Part shown: piece by piece, positions 26,060 through 38,051 of the stretch
How the letters are laid out: the number at the start of each line of letters is the position of its first letter
Numbering within the stretch: the stretch's first letter is position 1
NCBI RefSeq assembly: GCF_022045235.1
Contig: NW_027266271.1
Location: forward strand, 25,792,001-25,856,000
Length of the DNA: 64,000 nucleotides
Origin: Haliotis cracherodii
Taxonomy: Eukaryota
Direction of reading: 5' to 3'
Position numbers and translations under genes: made by a program
The notes under the pieces: model-generated
Seen by the model: the letters and a program-made list of their open reading frames with translations, nothing else
Databases searched by the model: none
Told to the model about the DNA's origin: nothing

Positions 26060-28235
26060 CGCAGGATGCACCCTCACAGGAGACCACCCTCGCAGGAAAA
26101 GCCCTCACAAGACACCCTCAAAGGATACACCCTTGCAGGATACACCCTCAGAATATACCCTCGCAGAATACATCCTCACACAATACACCCTTACAGAATA
26201 CTCCCTCACAGAACACACCCTTGCTGAATGACCTCTCCCAGGATACACACTTGCAGAATACACCCTCACAGAATACACCCTCACAGAATACACCCTCGCA
26301 GAATACACCCTCACAGAATACACCCTCACAGGATACACCCTCACAGAATACATCCTCACACAATACACCCTTACAAAATACTCCCTCACAGAACACACCC
26401 TTGCTGAATAACCTCTCCCAGGATACACCCTCACAGAATACACCCTCACAGGATACACCCTCACAGAATACACCCTCACACAATACACCCTCACACAATA
26501 CACCCTTACAAAATACTCCCTCACAGAACACACCCTTGCTGAATAACCTCTCCCAGGATACACCCTCACAGAATACACCCTCACAGGATACACCCTCACA
26601 GAATACACCCTCACACAATACACCCTCACACAATACACCCTTACAAAATACTCCCTCACAGAACACACCCTTGCTGAATAAACTCTCCCAGGATACACCC
26701 TCGCAGAATACACCCTCACAGGATACACCCTCACAGAATACACCCTCACAGGATACACCCTTGCAGAATCCACCCTTGCAGGATACACCCTCACAGAATA
26801 CACCCTCACAGAATACACCCTCACAGGATACACCCTCACAGAATATACCCCCACAGGATACACCCTTGCAGGATACACCCTTGCAGAATACACCCTCACA
26901 GGATACACCCTTGCAGAATACACCCTCACAGGATACACCCTTGCAGAATACACCCTCACAGGATACACCCTCACAGAATACACCCTCACAGAATACACCC
27001 TCATGGGACACACCCTCACAGAATACACCCTGGTGGGACACACCCTCACAGAATACACCCTGGTGGGACACACCCTCGCAGAATACACCCTCATGGGACA
27101 CACCCTCACAGAATACACCCTCGTGGGAAACACCCTCACAGAATACACCCTGGTGGGACACACCCTCACAGTATAAACCCTCGTGGGACACACCCTCACA
27201 GAATACACCCTGGTGGGACACACCCTCACAGAATACACCCTGGTGGGACACACCCTCACAGAATACACCCTCGTGGGACACACCCTCACAGAATACACCC
27301 TGGTGGGACACACCCTCACAGAATACACCCTGGTGGGACACACCCTCACAGAATACACCCTGGTGGGACACACCCTCACAGAATACACCCTCATGGGACA
27401 CACCCTCACAGAATACACCCTCATGGGACACACCCTCACAGAATACACCCTCGTGGGACACACCCTCACAGAATACACCCTGGTGGGACACACCCTCACA
27501 GAATACACCCTCATGGGACACACCCTCACAGAATACACCCTGGTGGGACACACCCTCACAGAATACACCCTCATGGGACACACCCTCACAGAATACACCC
27601 TCATGGGACACACCCTCACAGAATACACCCTGGTGGGACACACCCTCACAGAATACACCCTGGTGGGACACACCCTCGCAGAATACACCCTCATGGGACA
27701 CACCCTCACAGAATACACCCTCGTGGGACACACCCTCACAGAATACACCCTGGTGGGACACACCCTCACAGTATAAACCCTCGTGGGACACACCCTCACA
27801 GAATACACCCTGGTGGGACACACCCTCACAGAATACACCCTGGTGGGACACACCCTCGCAGAATACACCCTGGAAGGACACACCCTCGCAGAATACACCC
27901 TCATGGGACACACCCTCACAGAATACACCCTGGTGGGACACACCCTCACAGAATACACCCTGGTGGGACACACCCTCACAGAATACACCCTGGTGGGACA
28001 CACCCTCGCAGAATACACCCTCATGGGACACACCCTCACAGAATACACCCTCGTGGGACACACCCTCACAGAATACACCCTGGTGGGACACACCCTCACA
28101 GGATACACCCTGGTGGGACACACCCTCACAGGATACACCCTGGTGGGACACACCCTCACAGAATACACCCTCGTGGGACACACCCTCACAGAATACACCC
28201 TCGTGGCACACACCCTCACAGAATACACACCCTCA
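26060..28235. repeat. 15-bp minisatellite (tcacagaatacaccc) that becomes a 30-bp dimer array after about 27001
   Basis: Direct periodicity; explains the 771/720/687-aa ORFs. Confidence 0.96.
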
Positions 28236-28639
28236 GGAGATACCGGGCAGAATGGTCCCAAGCACACATACTCATAGTAAAAACTTACTGACAGAGGATC
28301 AAAAGGCTACAGTGCTTGACCTGCCTGATTGATGGTCATCGTACTCTACATACTCTAACATATAGATTGCTGGTCATGTCATCAACCACTGGTTTGCCTG
28401 TCCCTGACTTTAGTTCCACAAGGCTGCCGTCAAACAGCTGGGATACTGCTGACTGGGGGTGAAACACTGTTGGACGTACTGATTCTGTGCAATGTCATAT
28501 CTGTCACTAGTTTGGTGACTACTTCACTGCACTATATCACACATCAAATTGAAATAATATCGTTAATCATTAGCTGTATCATTTTTCCTTATCCAAATAC
28601 AAAATATTAAAACTAATTTGCAGTAAATTTACATGATTA

Positions 28640-28768
28640 GTGAATGAGTATGGTTTAAGCCACTTATATCATGGCAGGGTATACCAGAAATGGGCTTCTC
28701 AGAGTGTACGGAAGCTGGGGTTTGGGTGTGTCAAACTAACACCTTAGCAACTGGGCTACCCCACTGCC
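28640..28768 (-). mobile_element. tRNA-headed SINE, family B, degenerate
   Basis: gagtatggttt...accagaaatgggcttc...ggctaccccactgcc. Confidence 0.6.
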
Positions 28769-29888
28769 CCTACACAAAATTAAGAAATAGTACCAACTCT
28801 CCGAGGTCATACGGGGAATACAAATATTTTTTGGAAGATACAACAATTTTAAGAGATAGTTGCAAAAGCAACAGCTACTCAAAATTGTAAAAAGATGTCA
28901 GTTTAGTAGACATAATTCAGATTTGTAAAATTCACGTATGTTCAGATTTTTTTATAAAGTTATACAGCTATACACATTAGCATGTCACAACTTAAACAAA
29001 TGAGAGAGAAAGCTGTGTTAATGAACTGTTGTACATCAATCTTCAAATTAATTCAGCAGTCTAAGGATTAATCAATAACTGGCATACAAATGTGTCACTC
29101 TCCGGGAACATCTGATTCTGTTATATGAACTCATGACAAAAGTCGCTTCTTTAGAACCATGGATAACATTTACATTTAAAGAAATTGCTTCAACTAAATC
29201 TCCTCGTGCAGATTTATCATTCCATGAACATACTTTTTCAAATTCTCATTCTACATGTTCTAATCTAAAGTAACAAAGTTTGATCCACAGTAATACCCTC
29301 TTCCTTCAGATCTCAGTGTTTCCGCCTCTCATCCTCCCCTGCGATGAAACTGACAAAGATCTGAACGAAGCTGCATCAACTCTGTTTCAACAACAGTCCT
29401 GACTTCTGCTGAGCGGGCCACAAACACTGTTACCCAAATGGACTTGAAATGCTATCTCAATGCAAATGGCTGCACTTAACAAGTGAATGAGTTTTCATTG
29501 AACATCGCAACCAATCTAGCTTGCCACATACATTGAGACGTGATTGGACATTCGCTGCGATTAAACATGATAGAGTCAAGAGGATCGGGTTTATTATACT
29601 GATAAAAATTAAGTCTGATGCTAGGAATTATTTTAGGATCTAAGAACAATCACAACGTAAGAGTCAGGGAGCATGAAATGATACACTATATGTAGGGGTG
29701 TGGCCTTTCAGGAATTAGTCTCTCAACGTGGGCGTAATAGGCTCAGGTGTTTTCTCGCTATTTTCTCAGTACAAAATAATAATCCCCAAATTCTCATCAA
29801 TTTTCAATATGACCAAATTTCACCAATACATTGCAGCAAAGTCTTAACCATGTTAACCTCAAATTGACTTAACATATTTGTAATAATC

Positions 29889-30006
29889 CTAAGACTGAAG
29901 TATGCATTGATACTGGCTCTATCCCAAGACTGCATTAATACTGTCACTGTGCTAAGACTGAAGTATGCATTGATACTGGCTCTATCCTAAGACTGCATTT
30001 ATACTG
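29889..30006. repeat. 63-bp direct duplication
   Basis: ctaagactgaagtatgcattgatactggctctatcc at 29889 and 29952. Confidence 0.9.
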
Positions 30007-31000
30007 CCTGTCTCCAAAGATTCCTGAATTTGTCTTACTTGCAGATTACACCTCAAATACGACTCAACCAGCATCCTACCCATCTTCAATACCACCCCGC
30101 CACCCCATCCCCCAAATCCACATCCCCTTCACACAGGTAATGACTAACTAACCACACACTGAATGGGACCGATGTCACTTAAACATATTAGAAGTCCATT
30201 TGATCTAACAAAGATTTGTGAGCAGGTATGGGTCAGTATTTCGCATCAGAATATTGGTGCACATAATCTAACCTAGTGATGCATCATGGGCAACAAAGCA
30301 CAATGCTGAATGGTCACTTCCTTACCCACGATGCATTACTGGGCTGGGCTATGCTCAACAACAGTACTTGATGCCAACACTGCAGAAACACAGCAATTCT
30401 GGCCAACAGAATTCAATTTAGGGTTCAAAATGGCAAACTGCAATTTCTTTTCAAATTTCTGTTCTTGTCACCCAAAAAAGACATCTCAAATCAGTTGAAA
30501 TGCTCAATTGGCTGAGAAAAACAGGGGTGTCGATGAACGTGCAATCTGCCGTTGACGCCAAAACAGTGAAATCAGATCTTACCAAGTCATATACATATGA
30601 CACTTTCAGCCTCCAGGCTTTTTAAATATGATTTCCCTTGTGTAGCCATGGCCAGAACCTTTCACACAGATAAATGACAGAAATAATTATTCATCACATT
30701 AAACAAAAGCAGAGAACATCCAGTAATCATGACTATGTTATGTGAAGTTAGTCCATTAACAGTCAGAGATAACAATGATGGAGATTTGGGGTCCAGACTG
30801 TTTGAAACTAAGCCTGAAAGTCAAGGTGTCCCTGCCATTGCCCTCATGCTGAAAGTTAAAGAAGTTCCTAGATTCAGATATAGGGGCAATCACAAGGACC
30901 CCAGGACCACTGTAATATTGAACATCACAATGGATCATTTCAAGAAACAATCCAGCTGCAGTCTAGTTATTCCAGCCGAAACTAGTCAGAGGCCCGATTC

Positions 31001-31321
31001 CAGTGTTTGAAATAATTTTAAATCCCAAAATGAAAGTCAGGCAGCGGACCCATTTATGTTGCCTGCCCATCTTCACAGTGACCTGCCCGCATTCAGACAT
31101 TCTTTAAAAATAAGAGACAAATCACGTCTTTGATCAGTTGAAATAATGCAAACAATCACTTGAGAATCTACAAGGAGTTATAAAAAAACTGAATATGTAA
31201 CTAGTCTTAAAATTATCTGTCAGACAGTCAGGCAGGTGGAGGAAAATTTCATGCAGCCCAACAGAAAAGTTACCAGCCACGGGCAGACGGGCAGGCGTGC
31301 AGGCAGTTATTTCGGACACTG
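31001..31321. mobile_element. Non-autonomous DNA transposon (hAT-like MITE)
   Basis: Imperfect TIRs cagtgtttgaaataa / ttatttcggacactg; subterminal ctgccc/gggcag repeats; 8-bp flanks cccgattc / cttgagtc match 5 of 8. Confidence 0.6.
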
Positions 31322-31511
31322 CTTGAGTCTAGTACAAATTCATTCTGTTTAGTTAGCTAAGCTGATGAAAGCCTATATCATGTGAATGATATCAGCCAAA
31401 AAATTCCGTGAAAAAGAAACAAAGACATGTTAGGCTTGTCAACACAAATGCCTTACACACCGGGACACTGATGATGCAGAGTGCAGCTGGTCTGCTTATC
31501 CAGAGAACAGT

Positions 31512-32025
31512 CATCTTCCCAAGACAAGGGAATTAACTGACTATAAAAGTCCAGTTTCAACCCTTGCCAAACTCGGCTGGAATTATGGAATTATATTTTG
31601 GCTGGACTAACGAGTCTATGCATAGTCCAATCAAAACCCATAACAATATCAACATCTTGTTCATAAACTGCTGTGCAGATTTTGGTCAACTGCAGGATTT
31701 GCAAAGCATGCGTACCGTCAACCAATATTTGTTTTAAAACAAGTTGCTCACATCCACTTCGTGAAGTAAGACCCATTTTATTACAATAAAGATCTTGATT
31801 ATCGATCAGATCGTCTTCACTGAGCACAGCCATTTTGTTTGAAGCAAAGCGAGTGATATGGGAGGTGGAAAGTGATTGGTCAGTGGGAGGGACATAGAAG
31901 GGACATAACTTGTAATAGCCACTGGTGGCGCCATGCCACTGGTGAGCCCAGAAATTCCAGCCTAGTTCAGCAAGGGTGGAAACTAGACTTTAACAGTCAG
32001 TTAAGTCCCTTGCCTCGGGAAGATG
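31512..32025. mobile_element. MITE with about 70-bp terminal inverted repeats (CATCTTCCC...GGGAAGATG)
   Basis: Left catcttcccaagacaagggaattaactgactataaaagtccagtttcaacccttgc matches the reverse complement of the right end; another copy of this end at about 60289-60362. Confidence 0.85.
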
Positions 32026-32868
32026 CAGAAAGTTGTCACCCCTGAACACTAGTGAAAGTTCAAGAAATAACAAAAATTAATTTAATCTCGATAATACAAT
32101 GTGAACATGTTACAAAAAAACAAAAACAAAAAACATGTTTAAAATATAACAAGCTGTGGTTATGCTCTATAAACAGGAAAGAAATATATTTTTGTGAATG
32201 TTGTTGTATCATATATTATTACCATTGATTACATGTTATGTGAGTTATCAGTAAGTGTGACTGCAATGAAGAATATCAAAAAGAAAAGTCGCAGAAGAAT
32301 GGCTCAGAAAATGGATAGGTCATAGCTTGTAAAATAACATCCACTGCCACTAATGTTTTGTTCCCATCAAATAACTCATCAGTTTGACAACTGCTCACAA
32401 TCTCTCATGTTACCACTTTAAACATTCACTCTGATATTGTAAACAAAAAGTATTATAAGGTCTGTAAATCATATTGAAATTATCCAAACAACTAGAATTA
32501 AACACTTTCATAATTCTAAGATTATCCAACATAATTCATTGGAAATTTCACTTCTCAACAGATCCAGCATTATTGGCCGAGGTGTAGGTATGTATACATG
32601 TTTTGGATGTAATTATATGAGTAAGAACACCATAACGAAAGAATGGTTCACTATGTTCAAGGCAGATTTTGAATTCAAGTTTAGTCAAAGGGAGACAATC
32701 CTTTGTATTGCAACAACTTGATAACACGCAATATTTTCTCAAGGCTCTAATTTGCATAGAATTTATGTGTGAGCTGGGTCCTAAGTTATATTTAACATTG
32801 TTACAGCCACATGACAGGGAACACCAAGAACTGGTTCACCCATGTGGGAAATCACACCTGTATCTATT

Positions 32869-33134
32869 ACCCGTGAAGATCCGGGGTAGAATAGGTCTTC
32901 AGCAACCCATACTTGCCGTAAAAGGCAACTATGCTTGTCGTAAAAGGCGACTAACGGGATCAGGATCAGGCTCGCTAACTTGGTTGATGAATGTCATCGA
33001 TCCCAATTGCGTGGATCGATGCTCATGATATTAATCACTGGATTGTCTGGTCCAGACTCGATTATTTACAGACCGCCATCATATAGCTGGAATATTGCTG
33101 AGTGCGGCGTAAAACAGCAAACCAACCAAACCAA
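32869..33134 (+). mobile_element. SINE family A, full length (reference copy)
   Basis: acccgtgaagatccggggtagaataggtcttcagcaaccc head, duplicated hairpin module, tail ...gctggaatattgctgagtgcggcgtaaaac + (aacc)n; attaccc at both ends. Confidence 0.92.
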
Positions 33135-33159
33135 TTACCCTTTGGGTTGTGTGTAGGCT

Positions 33160-33555
33160 TGTATGTTTGTTTGTTGTTCAAGCTAAATTTAGCAATATTC
33201 CAACTATATAATCGTTGACTGTAAATAATCAAGTCTGGACCAGACAATCCAGTGATTGATACTGTGAACAAAGATGAACATTGTCTGTTGACTGAAGACA
33301 TGACTTTCAATACGGGCAAAGCTTCACGGTGTCCTTTCACCTCCATCAAGTTAATGGCTATGATTTATTGCTTTATTGTTTAACGCTGTACTCAGCAATA
33401 TTCCAGCTATATGACAGAAGTCTGTAAGTAATCAAATCTGGGGTACATCAGGGTAGGTTAACATGCAATCAAGGCTGACCACCCAATCCATTAAGTCGCC
33501 TCTAACAACAAGCATAGGTTGCTGGGAACCAATTCCAATCTAGAATCCCAACAGG
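33160..33555 (-). mobile_element. Two partial or degenerate SINE family A copies inverted relative to 32869-33134
   Basis: agcaatattccaactata...tctggaccagacaatccagtgatt (33190-33257) and ctcagcaatattccagctatatga...gtcgcctct (33390-33550). Confidence 0.75.
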
Positions 33556-35315
33556 CTGACGGATATACAGGAAAACATGATGAACAGATTAAGTCATTCA
33601 ACAACAAACACAACAACTTGTCTTAAGTGACTGGGTACAAAGGGAATATTGATTGTACGGAAGCCAGTGGTAGTGAGTCTTGTAATAACACTAGCATGAT
33701 AGCACTCTGGGTTGGCTATAGGTTGGTTGATTGATTGTATAGTAAAAATCTTCAACTTCAGAATAATGTAAAACGATGAACATTCACATGTATACATTCA
33801 CCTGCAACAGTATTCTACAGTTCAAGAATCCCCCTAGTCCTGCACCATGACCGTGGAATATATTTATTTTATGAAAAAATAATAATCTAGAAATGCATAC
33901 AAAAGCAAGTTTAGCCAGCTCAAGCTAGCTCTATTCTGAAATCAGCATAGGGAATTTTTTTTATTTTTAGAGTCAAGAAGGATATTGTGTAATATAAGAT
34001 TTCAGAGACTAAATGTTAGTCTAGAATCCCCCCTGCATTCAAAGCTATTTCAGAAAAAGTGTTTTCAAGGCTGCAATATCACTATTCCAAATGTTCAATA
34101 GAGCCACTATTTCCTGAGCAGACACATTAAAAAAACATCACTGGAGAATCTACAATCATAAATTTGGTACAGATGCATGTAACAAAACAGCTATGTCTAT
34201 ATCTTTATTCATCAACCTACATTCCAGTTATAATTTAATTTGGTAAACAAATAACCCATCAAAGAGAGAGTATGATTCTTGGTCAAGTTTTTAGTGTAGG
34301 TCATCTCGTTATAAAATGTATAAAACACAGAGTGAACCATTACCAATACATAAATACATTCATTGAAGTTTGAAGACATTGAATAATAAATTGTAAGGGA
34401 TTCATAAATATGATGAAATATTAAATATTGGCCTAAATGTTATATCATTGAATAACTCAATTAAGTTAAACTTACACTGGAAAGTTAATAGATAAAACTT
34501 GTTTTAGAACATAATAATTTCAACCTTCATTCTAAAATGATAAAAATGACACCATGATGAATTAGAACAGTTAGTGTCTTCCAACTTGTGAATGTAAGAA
34601 TCTGTATCCTGGATGTGTAACTACTCACTTCCACATGCTTAAATATCATCCAAAACAAGTATACCAGTACTATCACCATGGTTACTGGTAACAGAGGTAT
34701 TCAGTGAGTAACAGAAACTCAGAAGTTTATCATTGAAACATGTTAAACTTTGTTGAACTCGGAACATAAAACTAACCTCCTAGCAAAATAATATTTTCTG
34801 GGAAATGTCACCGAGATTCTTAAGGGTTATTGGGGCCTAGAGTAGAAATGTGCGATAGCTTTTCAGATTTTTAGAGGAACATGACCCTCGACCTATTATT
34901 GAAGGGTTGTGATAAATTAAACAATCTCATTTTAGTACTTAATATGGTACTCCTCCAAATAAACTATGGTCATCTTACACTTCTCACCGTTACATAAAAT
35001 GTTCAATACTCTTATAGAAACAGATTAAGGAGCTTAACCAATCTTATCCTCTTTACCTCTACTGACGTCAATAAATACACAGATCGTATATTATATATAG
35101 CAACTACACAGCTGACTATCAAGGAACATAAAAAGAAATATTGTACAAACGAATTCATTAATTTCTGTCAAGTCTTTGATCATGTAAAATCGAATCTTAT
35201 TTGCATCAATTTGTGTATGAATCCAAGACCAAGGAATGGATACTGTTCTAGCTGCCTGACTTTATCTTTCCCCTAAACTCCTGTGCAAATAACAACGGTC
35301 TATATGAAAACAAAC

Positions 35316-35367
35316 CTCCGGTGCCCCCATAAGTAAACGAAGATTCGTCTTGTTTGGTGCTGTCCAT
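35316..35367 (-). CDS. Probable first coding exon of the dsRBD gene (MDSTKQDESSFTYGGTG)
   Basis: acaATGg context; ends GGA G|gtttgt (phase 1), joining the 22878 exon in frame (G+AT = Asp); lies in a CpG-richer promoter-like stretch with gcggaagt. Confidence 0.6.
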
Positions 35368-36049
35368 TGTAACGAGATAATGGGAAAAACAGAAAGAGAA
35401 ACTTGAATTGATTGATTCCGGCGGTGCTTCTTGCTAGCGGAAGTAGAGCTTGCGGCACAATATTCTACTATCTTGACAACTCTCTCCAAATGTTGAAACG
35501 TAGTGGCACTGCATACGATCTCGTTGCAAGAGGAAGAGCAATACATTCCATCTTATAACGATATAATTGTGGTTGATAATTAATTTCAGTAAAGTGTTTA
35601 TGTATATAGGTGTAATGTTGATCAGATAAACTAACAAGCTCTTTGTAGTACTTTATTTTTTCTCTTTATCTTTATTTCAGCTCAACTCCCGACACCCAAG
35701 TTAATGCAGTGATGTCGATCTGGTGTACAAACGAGGTCTTTATCGTAATACCTGGTAAAGGAAAAGAACCTCCGGCCATCTCCCGACACCCACGATGAAG
35801 CATTGGTTGTTTCTTGTTTTAACCGGCGTTTTTGCAAAGCACATTTAGGCTCTCGCCTGATCTCTGCTGATATAAGTAGTATTTTGACAGTATTTTTAGA
35901 ATATCGTCTGTCATTTTCGAGGGTGTTATATCGTAAATATTACCCCAAACAAGTGGAAAGAACATCCACAGTTGGGAGGCTGTTTGTTGCAATAACCGCA
36001 GCCTTAACAGATTAACCAGTCACGTGAACTTCTTTCAAGAGAGAGAGAA

Positions 36050-36080
<31 letters not shown>

Positions 36081-36139
36081 CAGGCAGACACACAGAGAGG
36101 ACTCCCTGGATTTGGACAAAGCTGAACTTACGGCCGGCA

Positions 36140-36456
36140 TTAATCAACCACGTGTGTTGCTTAGATCAATCAATCCTGTCTTTTATCCAACCAATCAAGC
36201 TTGTTGCCGAATATTAACCAATCATGTGTGATACCTATATTAACCAGTCATGTTTGTTGCCTATACCAATCCATCCTACGTCTGGATAAACGAATCATGT
36301 TTTTTGTCTAGATGAACGAATCATGCGTTTTGTCTAGATGAACCAATCATGCGTTTTGTCTAGATTATCCAATCATGCGGTTTGTCTAGATGAACCAATC
36401 ATGCGTTTTGTCTAGATTATCCAATCAAGCGGTTTGTCTAGATGAACCAATCATGC
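36140..36456. repeat. 26-bp CCAAT-containing minisatellite (ctagatgaaccaatcatgcgttttgt)n, more degenerate toward the 5' side
   Basis: ctag at 36308, 36334, 36360 and onward; repeated (a/t)ccaatca. Confidence 0.85.
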
Positions 36457-36922
36457 GAGACAGATTGCACAACGGCGTACTCATTTTCAGGGTTACGTCA
36501 AATTTGACGAATTTCACGCAAAACCGGCGCAATGTTAATAACGTGACAGTATCTGTATCGATGTATAGCCGTAAGATGGGCTTATGAAACAATTCTAAAT
36601 TAAAGATTTAGGCTGATTGGATAGATTCTCTTCTGTACAAAATCCCATGTTCCTTACCGACATAATGCTGTCAGATTGAATGGGGACGTTCCAGCAAGAA
36701 ATGCCCCGTGCCTTTATATCATCTACAATATAATTTTAGGTTCTTGGTTTTAGGTTTTATTACTTTATCGTAAATAAATTACCAATACTTGTTACAAATA
36801 AAACCTAACATAAACGGTAAAAAAATAAAAAAATGCACAAAATAGCGTTTAAGAGCATGACTTTTTACAAATTACGGGCGCGCCCTCGCAAATTTAGTTT
36901 TGCTTACAGTTCAAATTGCGCC

Positions 36923-37037
36923 CCAGGGCCCACTTGCACAAAGCGCTCTTAGCGCTAAGATGATCGCAACTCCCATACTTTAACATAGGCTTACAATAGT
37001 CTTAGCGCTAAGAGCGCTTTGTGCAAGTGGGCCCTGG
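36923..37037. mobile_element. Palindromic MITE (Harbinger/PIF-like termini)
   Basis: 38-bp perfect inverted arms ccagggcccacttgcacaaagcgctcttagcgctaaga; degenerate second copy at about 48997-49110. Confidence 0.85.
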
Positions 37038-38051
37038 AGTATGAACCAAATAACTGTTAAACGTGACCCTGCGTTGCTAAGCTTTTATTTATTCCAGGTT
37101 GATGTAATTTGAATCTAACATATCCGGCATTTGTTAGAGACCCGGCGTTTATTGTGTTGTTTGGAACCTGTGCTTATCCGAGGTCGGCGCCGATTTGGGC
37201 ATCCGGCGCTTATTAGAGGAAATATACGGTATATAATAAATCACCCCCCGACTTCGCAACAATATAGGAGAATCGGGACAACCACATGATCAAAGCAATA
37301 CAAACATAATAAAAGGCAGGTTTAATTGTCTTACCTTGGATAACAAAATAACACATAACTTTGTTCCTTGTTCCTCTGAGATACTATGGCTTGGATAAAT
37401 TTTAGATTTCTTTGAAATTTTATACGTAAGTAAGTATAACTGTCGCGAATATGTAATTCGTCATCATGAATATGAAATGGAAACTTTATACAATCTAAAT
37501 AAATAATTATCTCCATACAGCTTGGTTCTTTCTTAGGGTTAATCAATTGAATTACGAAGGTAACGGGGGGTTAGTACCGGTAGGAGTAATGCCGTTGTGT
37601 ATATCAAATAGAATAATTGTGACAATGGTATATTAAGGTTTCTTTGCTTTGATGGATGAATGCATATTTTTTAAATTACAAAAACGGAATTGCATACAAA
37701 GCCTCCGTATTGCTGACTATAAATATGCTGTATCAACATATTGCAGTTACGTGCCTATTGCTACAGACAATAAATTGTTATACGTGGGCTGTAAAGTTTG
37801 ATGTGGAAAACTGTACACGTATACATACTTGTATTCATCCCCAACTGTACATATACAATGTGTGACAATTTGTCCCAAACACTAACATAATATTAATGAA
37901 TCAGGTAGCCACATGCTGATCTTACGCTCTCCTAAAAAAGACTTTTATCAAACGTATATATAAGACTGCTTTGATGTAGATTTCGGGCAAGAAAGTATCC
38001 TTCAAGTATGTTGCTAGGTAAATAGTACATAATAAGTTCCCATTACTCAAG

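Noticed and set aside
26017-28332. 771-aa mucin-like ORF and its antisense ORFs
   Set aside because: Minisatellite with unit length divisible by 3, lying in the putative intron of the opposite-strand gene
31591-31833. 80-aa ORF with good start context
   Set aside because: Lies inside the 31512-32025 MITE; no recognisable domain
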